The position numbers were made by a program, and so were the translations under genes. A model generated the notes under the pieces. The model saw only the letters and a list, made by a program, of their open reading frames with translations. It did no database searches and had not been told where the DNA came from. Shown here in pieces: positions 17,579 to 27,290 of a stretch of DNA of 64,000 bases (positions are counted from its first letter, which is position 1; every line of letters starts with the position of its first letter). The DNA comes from Candidatus Anstonellales archaeon (GTDB lineage Archaea > Micrarchaeota > Micrarchaeia > Anstonellales > J096). The stretch covers positions 160,001 through 224,000 of the forward strand of contig JAWACY010000001.1 in the NCBI GenBank assembly GCA_038896535.1, read 5' to 3'.

Positions 17579-19324
17579 GTGGATATAAGAAGCCCGATCA
17601 TTACAGTGTTAGGACACGTTGACCATGGTAAAACAAGTTTGTTAGATGCAATAAGGGGTTCAAGAGTAGCAGCAAAGGAATCTGGCGGTATAACTCAGAT
17701 GATTGGAGCAAGTTTAGTAACAAAAGAAAGGATAATTGAACTTAGCAAAGATCTTAAAGACAGATTTAAGTTTGAATTAGTTATCCCTGGGCTTCTTTTT
17801 ATTGACACTCCGGGGCACGAAGTTTTTACTAATTTAAGATATAGGGGAGGAGCAATTGCTGATATGGCAATAGTTGTTATAGATATTAAACAAGGAGTAC
17901 AACCACAAACAATAGAGAGCATAAATGTGTTAAAAGATAATAAGACACCATTTGTAATAGCAGCTAATAAAATAGACCTAATTACTAGCTGGCACAATAC
18001 TGGAGAAACAAGTTTCATAAAAGCTTTAGAAAAACAAAAGGAAATAACAAAACAAGAATTGGATAACCTAATTTATACTTTAATTGGCCAGCTTAGTTAT
18101 GAAGGATTTGATGCTGAGAGAGTTGACAGAATAAACGATTTTACAAAACAGCTTTGTCTCTTGCCAATATCAGCGAGGACAAAAGAGGGCATAGCAGAGC
18201 TTTTACTAATTGTTTCAGGCCTATCGCAAAAATATTTGAAAGATAGGTTATATGTAAAAAGCAAGGATGTTAAAGGCAGTGTTATGGAGATAAAAGAAGA
18301 GAAGGGCATAGGCACAACGCTTGATTGCATTATACATGACGGCATAGTCGAAGAAGGGCAGGAGCTATATTTTCTTACAAAGAACGGTGTGATAAAAAGA
18401 AAAATAAAGGCAATATTAATGCCAAATGTTTCATCTAATTATGCAAAAGAGAAATATAGACGAGTAGAAAGAGTAGTTGCTGCTGCTGGGATAAAAATAC
18501 TTGCATCTGATATAGAAGATGTATTGCCAGGAAGCCCCGTATTTTCTAATTACTCAGAAGAAATAGTAGAAATTGAAAAGATGCTAAAAAAATTCATATT
18601 TGAATCGGAGCAGGATGGAATTGTAGTTAAAGCAGATTCATTAGGTAGTATAGAAGCACTTTATAACCTATTAAATAAAAACAATATAAAAATAGCAAAG
18701 CTTGACATAGGGCCAGTGAATAAAGACGATATTATTTTTGCTTCTTCAATGGCAAAAAAGAACAGGATGCTTGGAATAATAATAAATTTTAATCTTCCAT
18801 TATCAAAAAATATTGAAGAGGAAGCAAGAAATAATGACGTAAGGATAATAAGTTCTGATATCATATATAAGATTCCGGAAGTTTTTTTTGAAGTACAAAA
18901 GCAAATAAAAGATGAATTAGAAAAAGAAATAGGGACAAAAGCACCAAGGCCATGTATAATAAAAGCATTAAAAGGATTCTTTTTCAGAATAAGCAAGCCA
19001 GCAATATTTGGTGTAGAGGTTGTTGAAGGAACATTAAAAGTTGGCACTACTTTAATGGATGAAAAAGGCAATATTATTGGACAAGTAAAATCAATACAGC
19101 AAGAAAAAACATCCTTGAAAGAGGCATTAAAGGGCAGCAAGGTTGCAATAAGCGTTGAAGAGGCAGTTTTAGGAAAAGATGTTTTTGAACAACAAGTTCT
19201 CTATTCATATTTGGATAAATCTGTTATTGAGGCTTGGGAAAATAGCAATATATTAAGTGAAGAAGAGAAAGCATTACTTGAAGTAATAAAGGATATAATG
19301 AGAAAATATAAATTAACAAGATGA
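17579..19324 (+). CDS. infB: Translation initiation factor aIF5B (IF-2)
   Basis: 'RSPIITVLGHVDHGKT', 'GGITQMIGA', 'DTPGHE', 'NKID'; GTG start after a GGTGA RBS. Confidence 0.97.
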   Translation: MDIRSPIITVLGHVDHGKTSLLDAIRGSRVAAKESGGITQMIGASLVTKERIIELSKDLKDRFKFELVIPGLLFIDTPGHEVFTNLRYRGGAIADMAIVVIDIKQGVQPQTIESINVLKDNKTPFVIAANKIDLITSWHNTGETSFIKALEKQKEITKQELDNLIYTLIGQLSYEGFDAERVDRINDFTKQLCLLPISARTKEGIAELLLIVSGLSQKYLKDRLYVKSKDVKGSVMEIKEEKGIGTTLDCIIHDGIVEEGQELYFLTKNGVIKRKIKAILMPNVSSNYAKEKYRRVERVVAAAGIKILASDIEDVLPGSPVFSNYSEEIVEIEKMLKKFIFESEQDGIVVKADSLGSIEALYNLLNKNNIKIAKLDIGPVNKDDIIFASSMAKKNRMLGIIINFNLPLSKNIEEEARNNDVRIISSDIIYKIPEVFFEVQKQIKDELEKEIGTKAPRPCIIKALKGFFFRISKPAIFGVEVVEGTLKVGTTLMDEKGNIIGQVKSIQQEKTSLKEALKGSKVAISVEEAVLGKDVFEQQVLYSYLDKSVIEAWENSNILSEEEKALLEVIKDIMRKYKLTR

Positions 19325-19328
19325 GTAT

Positions 19329-19718
19329 ATGAAAGTAAAATTCATTGATAAAGAAACAAAAAACAAAATTGCAGAAGTTGATGTGAAAACAAAAGCTGCC
19401 ATTAAATTTGCAAAAATAGGAAATAATAATATTATTGCTTATGAAAAAGGTGAAAAAACATTTATTGCTGGCTCATTTTGCAGTGCAATTTATGGCAGCG
19501 ATGAGCATATATATTGTGTTGATAGAGCCATTTTTGGCAAAGATAAATTAGCAGCAAGAGATATAGGGGAATGTATAAATTTTCTTGAATTCATGATTTT
19601 TTTATTTCCAAATGAAGAGTACTTTAAGCTAATAAAATTAGTATTTGAATTAGATAAATATTACTTAGAGAATATGCTAATAATAAATGGACTAAAGGGC
19701 CCTTTTGAATATTTATAA
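19329..19718 (+). CDS. Hypothetical protein
   Basis: 129-aa ORF starting 4 nt after infB; no motif recognised. Confidence 0.6.
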   Translation: MKVKFIDKETKNKIAEVDVKTKAAIKFAKIGNNNIIAYEKGEKTFIAGSFCSAIYGSDEHIYCVDRAIFGKDKLAARDIGECINFLEFMIFLFPNEEYFKLIKLVFELDKYYLENMLIINGLKGPFEYL

Positions 19719-19768
19719 TTTATTAATTTATAAACTCAACAACCATGCAACACATAATTCGAAATATA

Positions 19769-20175
19769 CCAAGAAGGCGTGTTTATAAGCCAATTTGCCT
19801 TCTTCAACAAAGCTTATAATAGAGGTTGGAAGATTGTAAGAAGGCGCATATATAAGGGCATTGCCTTCTTACCACAGGGAATAATAATAGGGGTTGGATG
19901 TTTGTAAGAAGGCACGTATAATAGGGTTAGTGCCTTCTTACTACATGGAATAATAATAGGGGTTGGATGTTTGTAAGAAGGCACGTATAATAGGGTTAGT
20001 GCCTTCTTACCTGGAAGATTGTAAGAAGGCGTGTTTAATAGGGTAAGCGCCTTCTTACCACAGGGAATAATAATAGGGGCTGGATGTTTGTAAGAAGGCA
20101 CGTATAATAGGGTTAGTGCCTTCTTACCTGGAAGATTGTAAGAAGGCGTGTTTAATAGGGTTAGTGCCTTCTTAC
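19769..20175 (-). repeat. Array B of 38-bp palindromic REP-like units (7 units) directly 3' of tRNA-Leu(CAA)
   Basis: Units at 20138-20175, 20090-20127, 20021-20058, 19973-20010, 19904-19941, 19836-19872 (37 bp) and degenerate 19769-19806; linkers of 10 or about 31 bp. Confidence 0.95.
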
Positions 20176-20177
20176 TA

Positions 20178-20287
20178 TGCAGGGGGTGGGATTTGAACCC
20201 ACGAACCCATATGGGACCGGATAACTCACTTAGTTATATAATTAGGCCTTGAGTCCGGCGCCGTTGACCAGGCTGGGCGACCCCTGC
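20178..20287 (-). tRNA. tRNA-Leu(CAA) with a 25-nt intron at position 37/38 (intron 20223-20247)
   Basis: Acceptor GCAGGGG/CCCCTGC, anticodon stem CCGGA/TCCGG, CT-CAA-G, long variable arm, GGTTCAAATC T-loop; BHB-type junction with central helix CTCA/TGAG and 3-nt bulges AGG and TTA. Confidence 0.95.
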
Positions 20288-20325
20288 TAATAATGAATTT
20301 ATAATAATAGAATTATAGTAATATT

Positions 20326-23300
20326 TTAATTTTGTTTCTCTTGTTCTTCTTTTTCTATATCTTCATAACTTCTAATGATCTTTTTAGGTTTTTCTCCTCT
20401 TTTTATGAATTTCTTTATCTGATCTCTATAAAGATATAGAGCAGAACCAAAAGCAACAGCAGCAAAAGCAATATATGGCAGCCAATTTATATTTTGATTA
20501 ATTTTTGGTTTTGATGAATAAACGTAATCCTTCATTTGCTTTGCTGCAGATAATACAGACATGTAATCTCCATTTTCAAATGCCCTTTTTGCCTTTTCTA
20601 AGCTATTTTTATAAAATTCATAATTTATATTACTATTGGCCAAAAGTTGCTCTGCTTCGCTTAATTCTTTTTCAGCTATAGCAGCAATATTACCTATTGT
20701 TTCATTTATGTTTTCATTCAGCATTTTTAAATCATTCATTGCATTTTGTTTTTGTCTTGGTGTTTTTAGCTTTTCAAAGGCATTCAATTTTTCTTTATAA
20801 TAAGAATATGAAAAAGGCAGGTAAGAAGTTAATTTAAGCTCTTTTGCTTTCTTTTCTATAGCCCCATAATAATCAACGAGCTTTTGGGTATTTTTATAAA
20901 TCTCATCAAAGTCTGATGTGTTTATGCTTGCATTCTTTATTTTAGCATTTATTTCATCAAGTTTCTTAGCCGCATTTGATAAATCTTCTAAATTGTATGA
21001 TATTTTGCTTTTTCTATGCAATGATTCAAATTCAGAAAAATCACTGTCTAATGAATCTATATTCATTGAATTGTTGTAATAATCTTTTTGTGCATTTGTA
21101 AACTTTGTCCAAAGCAATTTAAGTTCATCTATTAAAAATGTTTTCTTTGCACTTTCAATTTTATCTGGATCTTTTATATCATTTATGCTGTTATTAAAAG
21201 CAATAAGATCATCTTTTATTGAGCTGTTTACAGATAATGCCCTATCTAATTGTGCATAAAATTCAAGTGTTTTATTAACCAATTTTACGTTATCTTCCTG
21301 CTCTTTTTCTTTTTTTGTTATTGTTTCGTTCAGATTAAGCGCTTTTATGATTCCTTCATTATAAAACCCAGACCTGTTAATTGCTTTTATTTCATCTAAT
21401 GCCTCTTTATCCTTTCCTGTCAGGTTTTTCTTTTCCAATTCTGCTATTATGTTGTTCAAATAGGAAGATGCATTTTGTATTAAATAAGAAACTTCGAGCC
21501 TGACATTTTCATTCTTCTTTAAATTCTCAAGTGTTATTATGTTATTTTTTGCCTTTATTTGTTGCATATTCATATCAGTAATTGTAGCATTGTTCTCAAC
21601 TTGTATCTCAAGCTTATCTATATTTTCTAAAGCATTTATATCTAAGCTATATTTACATAAGCTTCCTTGCTGAATATTAACGCAAGATTTTGCTTCCTTA
21701 TTTATTCTTACTGGCTTAATGTCATTTATTATTGATAAATTATACCTACCCTTCCTCATATCAATGACTTGTTTTTTACCGGCATAAAAAGAGCCTATAT
21801 AAATATTGCATTCGCAACCTATATCAAGCAGCATGTCAGCTGATATATCAACACTCATGTTCGTTATTTCCTTGCCTTCTTCACCTTTTGAGTATATATA
21901 AGTTATTTTATTAAGAGATATGGCAAACACATCAAGTTTACTTATCTTCCCTGATAGAGTTTCAAAGCTCTCTATGTATGGAATGATCCAACTTATGTTC
22001 TTGCCATTAGTTGTTATATGCCCTCTGTCTAATGAATAATCAGAACTGTATAAATCTATAGATAAAGGCAGTTGTTTTTCTACATTCTCAAATTTATATT
22101 GATATGGGTTTGATAAGAAGAAATGTGCTTCTAGCAATAATTGCTCATCTACTTTCCCCCTTGGTTTTGAGACATAAAAATTTAAAGGCACTGAATTAAA
22201 TAATGTTTTAGCATCCTTTGTTATTCTAGCTATGCTTGACTTGTAAAAATTTTCTAACTCATTTAAATTTCCGAGCCCCTTTTCATAGTTAATTATGCCG
22301 TTATAAAAAATATCTCCCTCAATTGCCTTCTTTTCAAGCGCGATTTCTGAAAATTGATATGGAAATGCTCTTAATAAAGAGTCAAGCTCATTCTTAAGTT
22401 GTTGAATAGAAGAAAATCTTTGTTTTACATTAAGCATAAGGTTTTGCTTGAGTTCATTAAGCTCGTTATATTTATTGAAATACGAGTCTTCGCTATTATG
22501 TATATTAGATAGCATACTTTCATAGCTAGTTGTTTCTATTCCATCTTCCTTTGCCTTTCTTATTAAATCAAGCATTGCATAATAAAGCCTTTCGTAATCA
22601 TCCTTTTTTTCTGGCTCTTTGGCTTGAAGGAGAACTGCTTTATTCAAAATACTAACATATAATGCATATTTATCACCAAGTGCTTGTTTTGTATCTGCTT
22701 GATAAATTATATTTCTTAATTCCTTTGTCTCATATCCTTGTCTATTTAATTCGTTAATTTTTTCATTTGCTCTTGCCCTGACTTCATCAACAGTTTGTTT
22801 GGCAATTAGCATAATGTCAGGAATATTACTATATTTATCAGCTTGCTTTGTTATAAGGTAAGCGTTCAACAAGTAATTTTCTGGTTTGCTATTCATAAAA
22901 TAATAAACATTACTCAAATCAGAAGATAATTGTTGTTTTATTAATTTTATGTCTTCAAGCAGCAGGTTTACATTTTTTGTATTTTCCACATTACCAGTTA
23001 TGAATACTGCATCTATCAAATAAAGTTTTTCTTGCTCTGCCCTGCTTATTATTGCAGATATTTCTTCATTCTTGTTTTGCATAAAAAATATTTTTTCATT
23101 TATTGTACTCTTTGCCTTTTCTTGTGCTTTTGAGGTGTTAAATATTAATGAATCTGCCCTATCAGAAAAACTTTTCACATTAGAGGAGATATAGAAAATA
23201 TTCTCTGGCCTTGGCGTATCTGCATATTTTAAGTCAGTGATATTACTTTTTATGAAATACAGCTCTTTCCCATTACTGCTCAATGCTAATATTTCCTCTT

Positions 23301-24210
23301 TTAGTGCAATGCATTCATTTAAACCATAAAAAGTATAATTTGTATTGCACATGCCTGCAAATGATGCATTCTCATATGCAGATATTAGCTCGAGCCTTTT
23401 TTGTTCTGCTTTATCAATATCTGATAGCAAAGCATCATATAGATAAGACCACATTTCATAGTAATAATTTCCATAATCCTTGCATGCCTGTGATGCTTCA
23501 TTCAATGTATCTGCAGTTAAAAGTGTTGCCCCTGCAATAGTAATTGGAGGAGAAAGATAAAGTAATGATAAACCTAAATTAATTAATGACCCAGAATCCC
23601 CATTATTTACATAGCCAGCATTCCCAGTTTTTGATAAGCTGTAATCAACAGAAGTTCTTGTAATTTCATTTCCTTCTTCATCTGTTGTGGTGTATGTATG
23701 CTCATCTCTATTTATTCTATATCCAAAAGATGCAGTCAATATATCATTGTATCCAAATAAATAACTAAGCCCTGACTCACCCAATGATAATATTACATTA
23801 GAAAATGCAGATATTATACTATCAATGAAATTTATGTTCCCATATTTGTCAAATTTATAAACTGCAGTGCATTTCTCATATGCATTATAAGCAAGCCTTG
23901 CTTTTTCCCTAGCATTATATAAATTATAATAATTTTGTGTTTCTGGTATATCCATATTTATTATTTTATTTAAGCTCTGCCCTGTATATGTTGGATTTAC
24001 TGTTTTTTCATTATCAAACAATATGTTATATGCCCAAGAATCATCAAATGGCTGTGGAGAATAAAATATATCAATCTGTTCTGGATAACTAATATCGGAA
24101 GCGAAAGAAGCGCAAAGAAATGTAAAAAATGATATCACTAATAATAAAAATTTATTACATGTGTAATAATCAATCTCCCTAATTATTTTCATTTTTATTA
24201 TTTCCCCCAC
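20326..24210 (-). CDS. Large (about 1290 aa) membrane-anchored surface protein
   Basis: N-terminal signal-like helix, long helical/coiled-coil regions with a beta-rich middle, many N-x-S/T sequons, C-terminal TM helix and basic tail. Confidence 0.8.
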   Translation of the reverse strand: MGEIIKMKIIREIDYYTCNKFLLLVISFFTFLCASFASDISYPEQIDIFYSPQPFDDSWAYNILFDNEKTVNPTYTGQSLNKIINMDIPETQNYYNLYNAREKARLAYNAYEKCTAVYKFDKYGNINFIDSIISAFSNVILSLGESGLSYLFGYNDILTASFGYRINRDEHTYTTTDEEGNEITRTSVDYSLSKTGNAGYVNNGDSGSLINLGLSLLYLSPPITIAGATLLTADTLNEASQACKDYGNYYYEMWSYLYDALLSDIDKAEQKRLELISAYENASFAGMCNTNYTFYGLNECIALKEEILALSSNGKELYFIKSNITDLKYADTPRPENIFYISSNVKSFSDRADSLIFNTSKAQEKAKSTINEKIFFMQNKNEEISAIISRAEQEKLYLIDAVFITGNVENTKNVNLLLEDIKLIKQQLSSDLSNVYYFMNSKPENYLLNAYLITKQADKYSNIPDIMLIAKQTVDEVRARANEKINELNRQGYETKELRNIIYQADTKQALGDKYALYVSILNKAVLLQAKEPEKKDDYERLYYAMLDLIRKAKEDGIETTSYESMLSNIHNSEDSYFNKYNELNELKQNLMLNVKQRFSSIQQLKNELDSLLRAFPYQFSEIALEKKAIEGDIFYNGIINYEKGLGNLNELENFYKSSIARITKDAKTLFNSVPLNFYVSKPRGKVDEQLLLEAHFFLSNPYQYKFENVEKQLPLSIDLYSSDYSLDRGHITTNGKNISWIIPYIESFETLSGKISKLDVFAISLNKITYIYSKGEEGKEITNMSVDISADMLLDIGCECNIYIGSFYAGKKQVIDMRKGRYNLSIINDIKPVRINKEAKSCVNIQQGSLCKYSLDINALENIDKLEIQVENNATITDMNMQQIKAKNNIITLENLKKNENVRLEVSYLIQNASSYLNNIIAELEKKNLTGKDKEALDEIKAINRSGFYNEGIIKALNLNETITKKEKEQEDNVKLVNKTLEFYAQLDRALSVNSSIKDDLIAFNNSINDIKDPDKIESAKKTFLIDELKLLWTKFTNAQKDYYNNSMNIDSLDSDFSEFESLHRKSKISYNLEDLSNAAKKLDEINAKIKNASINTSDFDEIYKNTQKLVDYYGAIEKKAKELKLTSYLPFSYSYYKEKLNAFEKLKTPRQKQNAMNDLKMLNENINETIGNIAAIAEKELSEAEQLLANSNINYEFYKNSLEKAKRAFENGDYMSVLSAAKQMKDYVYSSKPKINQNINWLPYIAFAAVAFGSALYLYRDQIKKFIKRGEKPKKIIRSYEDIEKEEQEKQN

Positions 24211-24304
24211 AATATTTATTATAAAGAAACTTTTTTATAACTTGTCTTTGCTTGGCTTTTAAATACTTAAATAAATATTTGAGATCAAATTGAGATCAGA
24301 AATA

Positions 24305-25267
24305 TTAAAATTTAACATGTTCATTGCTGAACATTGACTCTATTATGATGTTATTTTTTCCCTTTTCTATTGTGCCTATAATATCAGATTCAAAACCGCT
24401 ATGCCTTAAGAAATTTACTACTTTCTTTGCTTCTTCTTTTTTTGCAGATATTATATAACCAATCCCGCAGTTAAATGTTTTGTACATCTCCTCGTCTGTC
24501 AAGCCTTTTTTATAGAGCATTGCAAATATTTTTTGAGGTTTTAAAGAATGGTCTCTATTAATTATTGCATCTGCATTTCTTGGCAATAATGCTTTTAGCT
24601 TTGTATATGCCCCTCCGGTAATATGCATAGCCCCATTTATGTTAAATTTTTTATATACATCAATAAGTATGCTATAATACAACCTTGTTGGTAAAACAAG
24701 TTCATCCATATGCTTTTCAATGTCCTTTTTACTTAATGCCTCTCTTATTTTTGTAAAGCCATTTGAATGTAAACCGCTGCTTTTGACCCCTATAATTGAA
24801 TCACCAATTTCAAATTTATTTTTCTTGTAATCTTCTATGAATCCAGAAACTGTTATACTTATATCAAGCCCATTAATATTATTCTGTATTGATGTTTCTC
24901 CACCAGTAATTGCAATCCCAAGCTTCTTACATTCTTTGACCAAATTTGACATTATTGATAAAATTGCTTCAACATCATCTTCTGGAATTATTATATGGCA
25001 TTGTAATTTATAGGCTTTTGCTCTTTCCAATGCAAGATCATTTAGGTTCATTGCCAATGCATCTAAAACAGCATTTCTAAAGGCCCTTTTCTCCCAATGG
25101 TATATGCCCTTTGTTCCAATGCCATCTGTGTGGTCAATTTCAATATATGAAAATTTTTTGCTAAACAACGGGTATAATGATTGATTTATATTAATATATT
25201 TACTTTTCCATGTTTGCCTGATCATTTTTATTATCTTATCTTTATATGGTTTTTCTGGGTTATACAT
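24305..25267 (-). CDS. purM: Phosphoribosylformylglycinamidine cyclo-ligase (AIR synthetase, PurM-like)
   Basis: 'TDGIGTK', 'AMNLND', 'GGET', 'SSGLHSNGF', 'HITGG', 'TFNCGIG'. ATG at 25267 preferred over the ORF-track start at 25309. Confidence 0.88.
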   Translation of the reverse strand: MYNPEKPYKDKIIKMIRQTWKSKYININQSLYPLFSKKFSYIEIDHTDGIGTKGIYHWEKRAFRNAVLDALAMNLNDLALERAKAYKLQCHIIIPEDDVEAILSIMSNLVKECKKLGIAITGGETSIQNNINGLDISITVSGFIEDYKKNKFEIGDSIIGVKSSGLHSNGFTKIREALSKKDIEKHMDELVLPTRLYYSILIDVYKKFNINGAMHITGGAYTKLKALLPRNADAIINRDHSLKPQKIFAMLYKKGLTDEEMYKTFNCGIGYIISAKKEEAKKVVNFLRHSGFESDIIGTIEKGKNNIIIESMFSNEHVKF

Positions 25268-25317
25268 AATATTGGAATAAAAGAAAAATTTATATACCCC
25301 AATTAACAATTTATATT

Positions 25318-25686
25318 ATGCTTGATACTTACAAAAAACAGGCAGAAGCTCTTGCAAAACTTCCACTTGAAGAATTAATAGACATGGAGGAGCAGTTTGA
25401 GGTTGAACTTGAAAGAACAAATAGAGAAGCAGAAAGATTGGAAAAAAAGTTAAGAGTTGTAAAACAAGAATTAAAAGAATACAAAGAAGCAAGCAAGAAA
25501 CTCAATAAGCCATTTGAAGATACACCATTTTATGAGCATTTAGTAAATTTTTTAGAAGAAACAGAGAAATTTTTAGAGAATGTAAAGATTAAGAATGGCG
25601 AGCTTATTTCTCTTCTATATGCTATAGCAATAAGAATTAAAAAAGATAAGAAAGGTAAGGAAGTCGGGAGGTTTAAGCCAGAATGA
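25318..25686 (+). CDS. Hypothetical coiled-coil protein
   Basis: Heptad-rich E/K/L composition; ATGA overlap with the next gene. Confidence 0.65.
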   Translation: MLDTYKKQAEALAKLPLEELIDMEEQFEVELERTNREAERLEKKLRVVKQELKEYKEASKKLNKPFEDTPFYEHLVNFLEETEKFLENVKIKNGELISLLYAIAIRIKKDKKGKEVGRFKPE

Positions 25687-26282
25687 TTGTTATAAAGGAG
25701 CCGAAGCTTGAGATAAAGGGCCTTTTTGTTTTTCTTGAAGAGCAGCTTTTAGAACCAAAAATATTTAGGTATAATGAAATGCCTTTTCATATTGGCATGG
25801 AAAACAGCACAAGAGTTGTTTTTTCTTATACCCCTGTAAAAAGATATGGAATTTATGAATACGGCATACTAAACATAACGCATGGGCTTAATGATGAAAT
25901 GCCTGCATTCGCATGCCATAAAGCGAATGATGAAATAATAATGAATTTGCAGGGCAATACTTATTGTTATTGTTTCGATTATGCAAGAAATGATATGGTG
26001 AGAATAAGCGAGGCAAGACCAAAAAAATGGCAGAATTTAAAGGCAAACGGGTTTTTAACGATAATAAATACTGGCAATATAAATGCCATATTTTTAATGA
26101 AAATAAAACCACCACTAGCAAATACTGATGAGTTCAAAAAAAATAAAGGCCCACCAATAATGCTTACAAAAAAAGAAAAAATAAAAAATTACAATTATCT
26201 TGTTTGGGGCTCGCAAGAAATGCAGGAATCAAAAGCAAATATTTTAGAAGAGCTATATGGCTTATTAAATAAAAAATTTTAG
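25683..26282 (+). CDS. Divergent cupin protein resembling archaeal cupin-type glucose-6-phosphate isomerase
   Basis: 'YGILNITHG', 'H....EIIMNLQG', 'TIINTG...AIFL', 'KKNKG', 'KNYNY' follow the cupin-PGI motif order, but most His ligands are missing. Confidence 0.45.
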   Translation: MIVIKEPKLEIKGLFVFLEEQLLEPKIFRYNEMPFHIGMENSTRVVFSYTPVKRYGIYEYGILNITHGLNDEMPAFACHKANDEIIMNLQGNTYCYCFDYARNDMVRISEARPKKWQNLKANGFLTIINTGNINAIFLMKIKPPLANTDEFKKNKGPPIMLTKKEKIKNYNYLVWGSQEMQESKANILEELYGLLNKKF

Positions 26283-27233
26283 CTAATCGGATAAAAGCAT
26301 ATATTTTTGTATTTCAAATGTTCTATCTTTTTTATTTATTATAATGCCTTTTTTTTCAACCTCTTCTTTGCTTAATTTATCATCTTTTATCTTATATATG
26401 AGTTCATTTAAAATCCCTGCATTTTTTAATATAAACTCTGCTGTTCTTTTGTAATAATCCGCCTTCTTTTGATATTCTATGATATTCTCTTCTTGTATCT
26501 TTATGGCCTTTTCAATTTTATTCTCTTTTTTTTCTTTTTCAACATAATACATATCCATTGCTTCACTCAACGATTCTGTTTTTTTCCATTCCAGTAAATT
26601 ATCAGCAGGTTTTAATTCATAATCATTATTGAATGCTGGTTTAAAATTTTCTATAATATTATTAACTTCCATTTCTATATCTTTAATTTTATCAACAACT
26701 TCTATTGCTTGATTTTTCTCATTTATTTTCAGCTTATTTAATATGTATGGCATATATCTTTTTCCAACATACCTCACAAGAACAGCGCCAATAGGCTTGT
26801 CTTTATACTTTTCAATAAGGGCAGTTAAATCATGGTTTTCAATCCTTATCTCCTCTTTTGTCAAGCAAGCGATCTTTTCTTCATTTTTGTAAAGACATAT
26901 ATTTCCTTTTCCGTATAAGCTAACTATTAATTTATAGTTATCAAATTCAAATACAAAAATCCTGTCCCCATTTAGCATATAAATACTATTTAAAACTTTA
27001 TTTTCGAGCTCTTTCCTGATCTTTTTTGTAAACCAATGCTCTATGTAATCATTCCTCTCTTTTGTTAATATATTTATCCTCTTTCCTAAAGTTATTATCA
27101 AGTTTGCCTTTTGAAATGCTATTTTTATCTCATTATTGCTGAGCATATAAAGCTTTTTCAATCTTGACCCAACTATTGCCCTTAGTTCATTTAACATGTA
27201 TAAGCATTCTAACCTTTCCATTTGCCTGAGCAT
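26283..27233 (-). CDS. N-terminal half of Rqc2/RqcH (NFACT-N + first coiled coil)
   Basis: 'LNEL..IVGSRLKKLY', 'F...IRKELEN', conserved 'DRIFVFEF', 'LYGKGNICL', 'SLSEAMDMYY', then a coiled coil. ORF track starts at 27302. Confidence 0.8.
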   Translation of the reverse strand: MLRQMERLECLYMLNELRAIVGSRLKKLYMLSNNEIKIAFQKANLIITLGKRINILTKERNDYIEHWFTKKIRKELENKVLNSIYMLNGDRIFVFEFDNYKLIVSLYGKGNICLYKNEEKIACLTKEEIRIENHDLTALIEKYKDKPIGAVLVRYVGKRYMPYILNKLKINEKNQAIEVVDKIKDIEMEVNNIIENFKPAFNNDYELKPADNLLEWKKTESLSEAMDMYYVEKEKKENKIEKAIKIQEENIIEYQKKADYYKRTAEFILKNAGILNELIYKIKDDKLSKEEVEKKGIIINKKDRTFEIQKYMLLSD

Positions 27234-27290
27234 AAAATTATTAGCATGCATGTTTTTATTAACTTTATTTAAAATGATTTTATGCAAGTT

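Noticed and set aside
19921..19932. Telomere-like AGGGTTAG motif in repeat loops
   Set aside because: It occurs once per unit as part of one loop variant and is not tandem; treated as coincidental.
19814..20101. 95-aa repetitive ORF through array B (also 47396..47686, 47410..47622 and 6428..6928)
   Set aside because: These are translations of the repeat arrays, and some overlap a tRNA or are antisense to idsA. Periods of 48, 66 and 69 bp keep frames open, but different arrays are open in different frames, so coding is unsupported.
19769..20175. CRISPR array (38-bp units with 66-69-bp period)
   Set aside because: The intervening sequences are near-identical linkers of two size classes rather than unique spacers, the variability is inside the palindrome, and there is no cas1 or effector gene in the window.
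19769..20175. TIGR-type guide array (9+9-nt variable segments)
   Set aside because: No box C/D motifs are visible, the two 9-mers are contiguous and drawn from a few recurring variants, and no Nop-domain gene is adjacent.
20326..26282. Provirus or integrative element next to tRNA-Leu(CAA)
   Set aside because: No integrase, capsid, packaging ATPase or att duplication was seen, and the genes lie on the 5' side of the tRNA.
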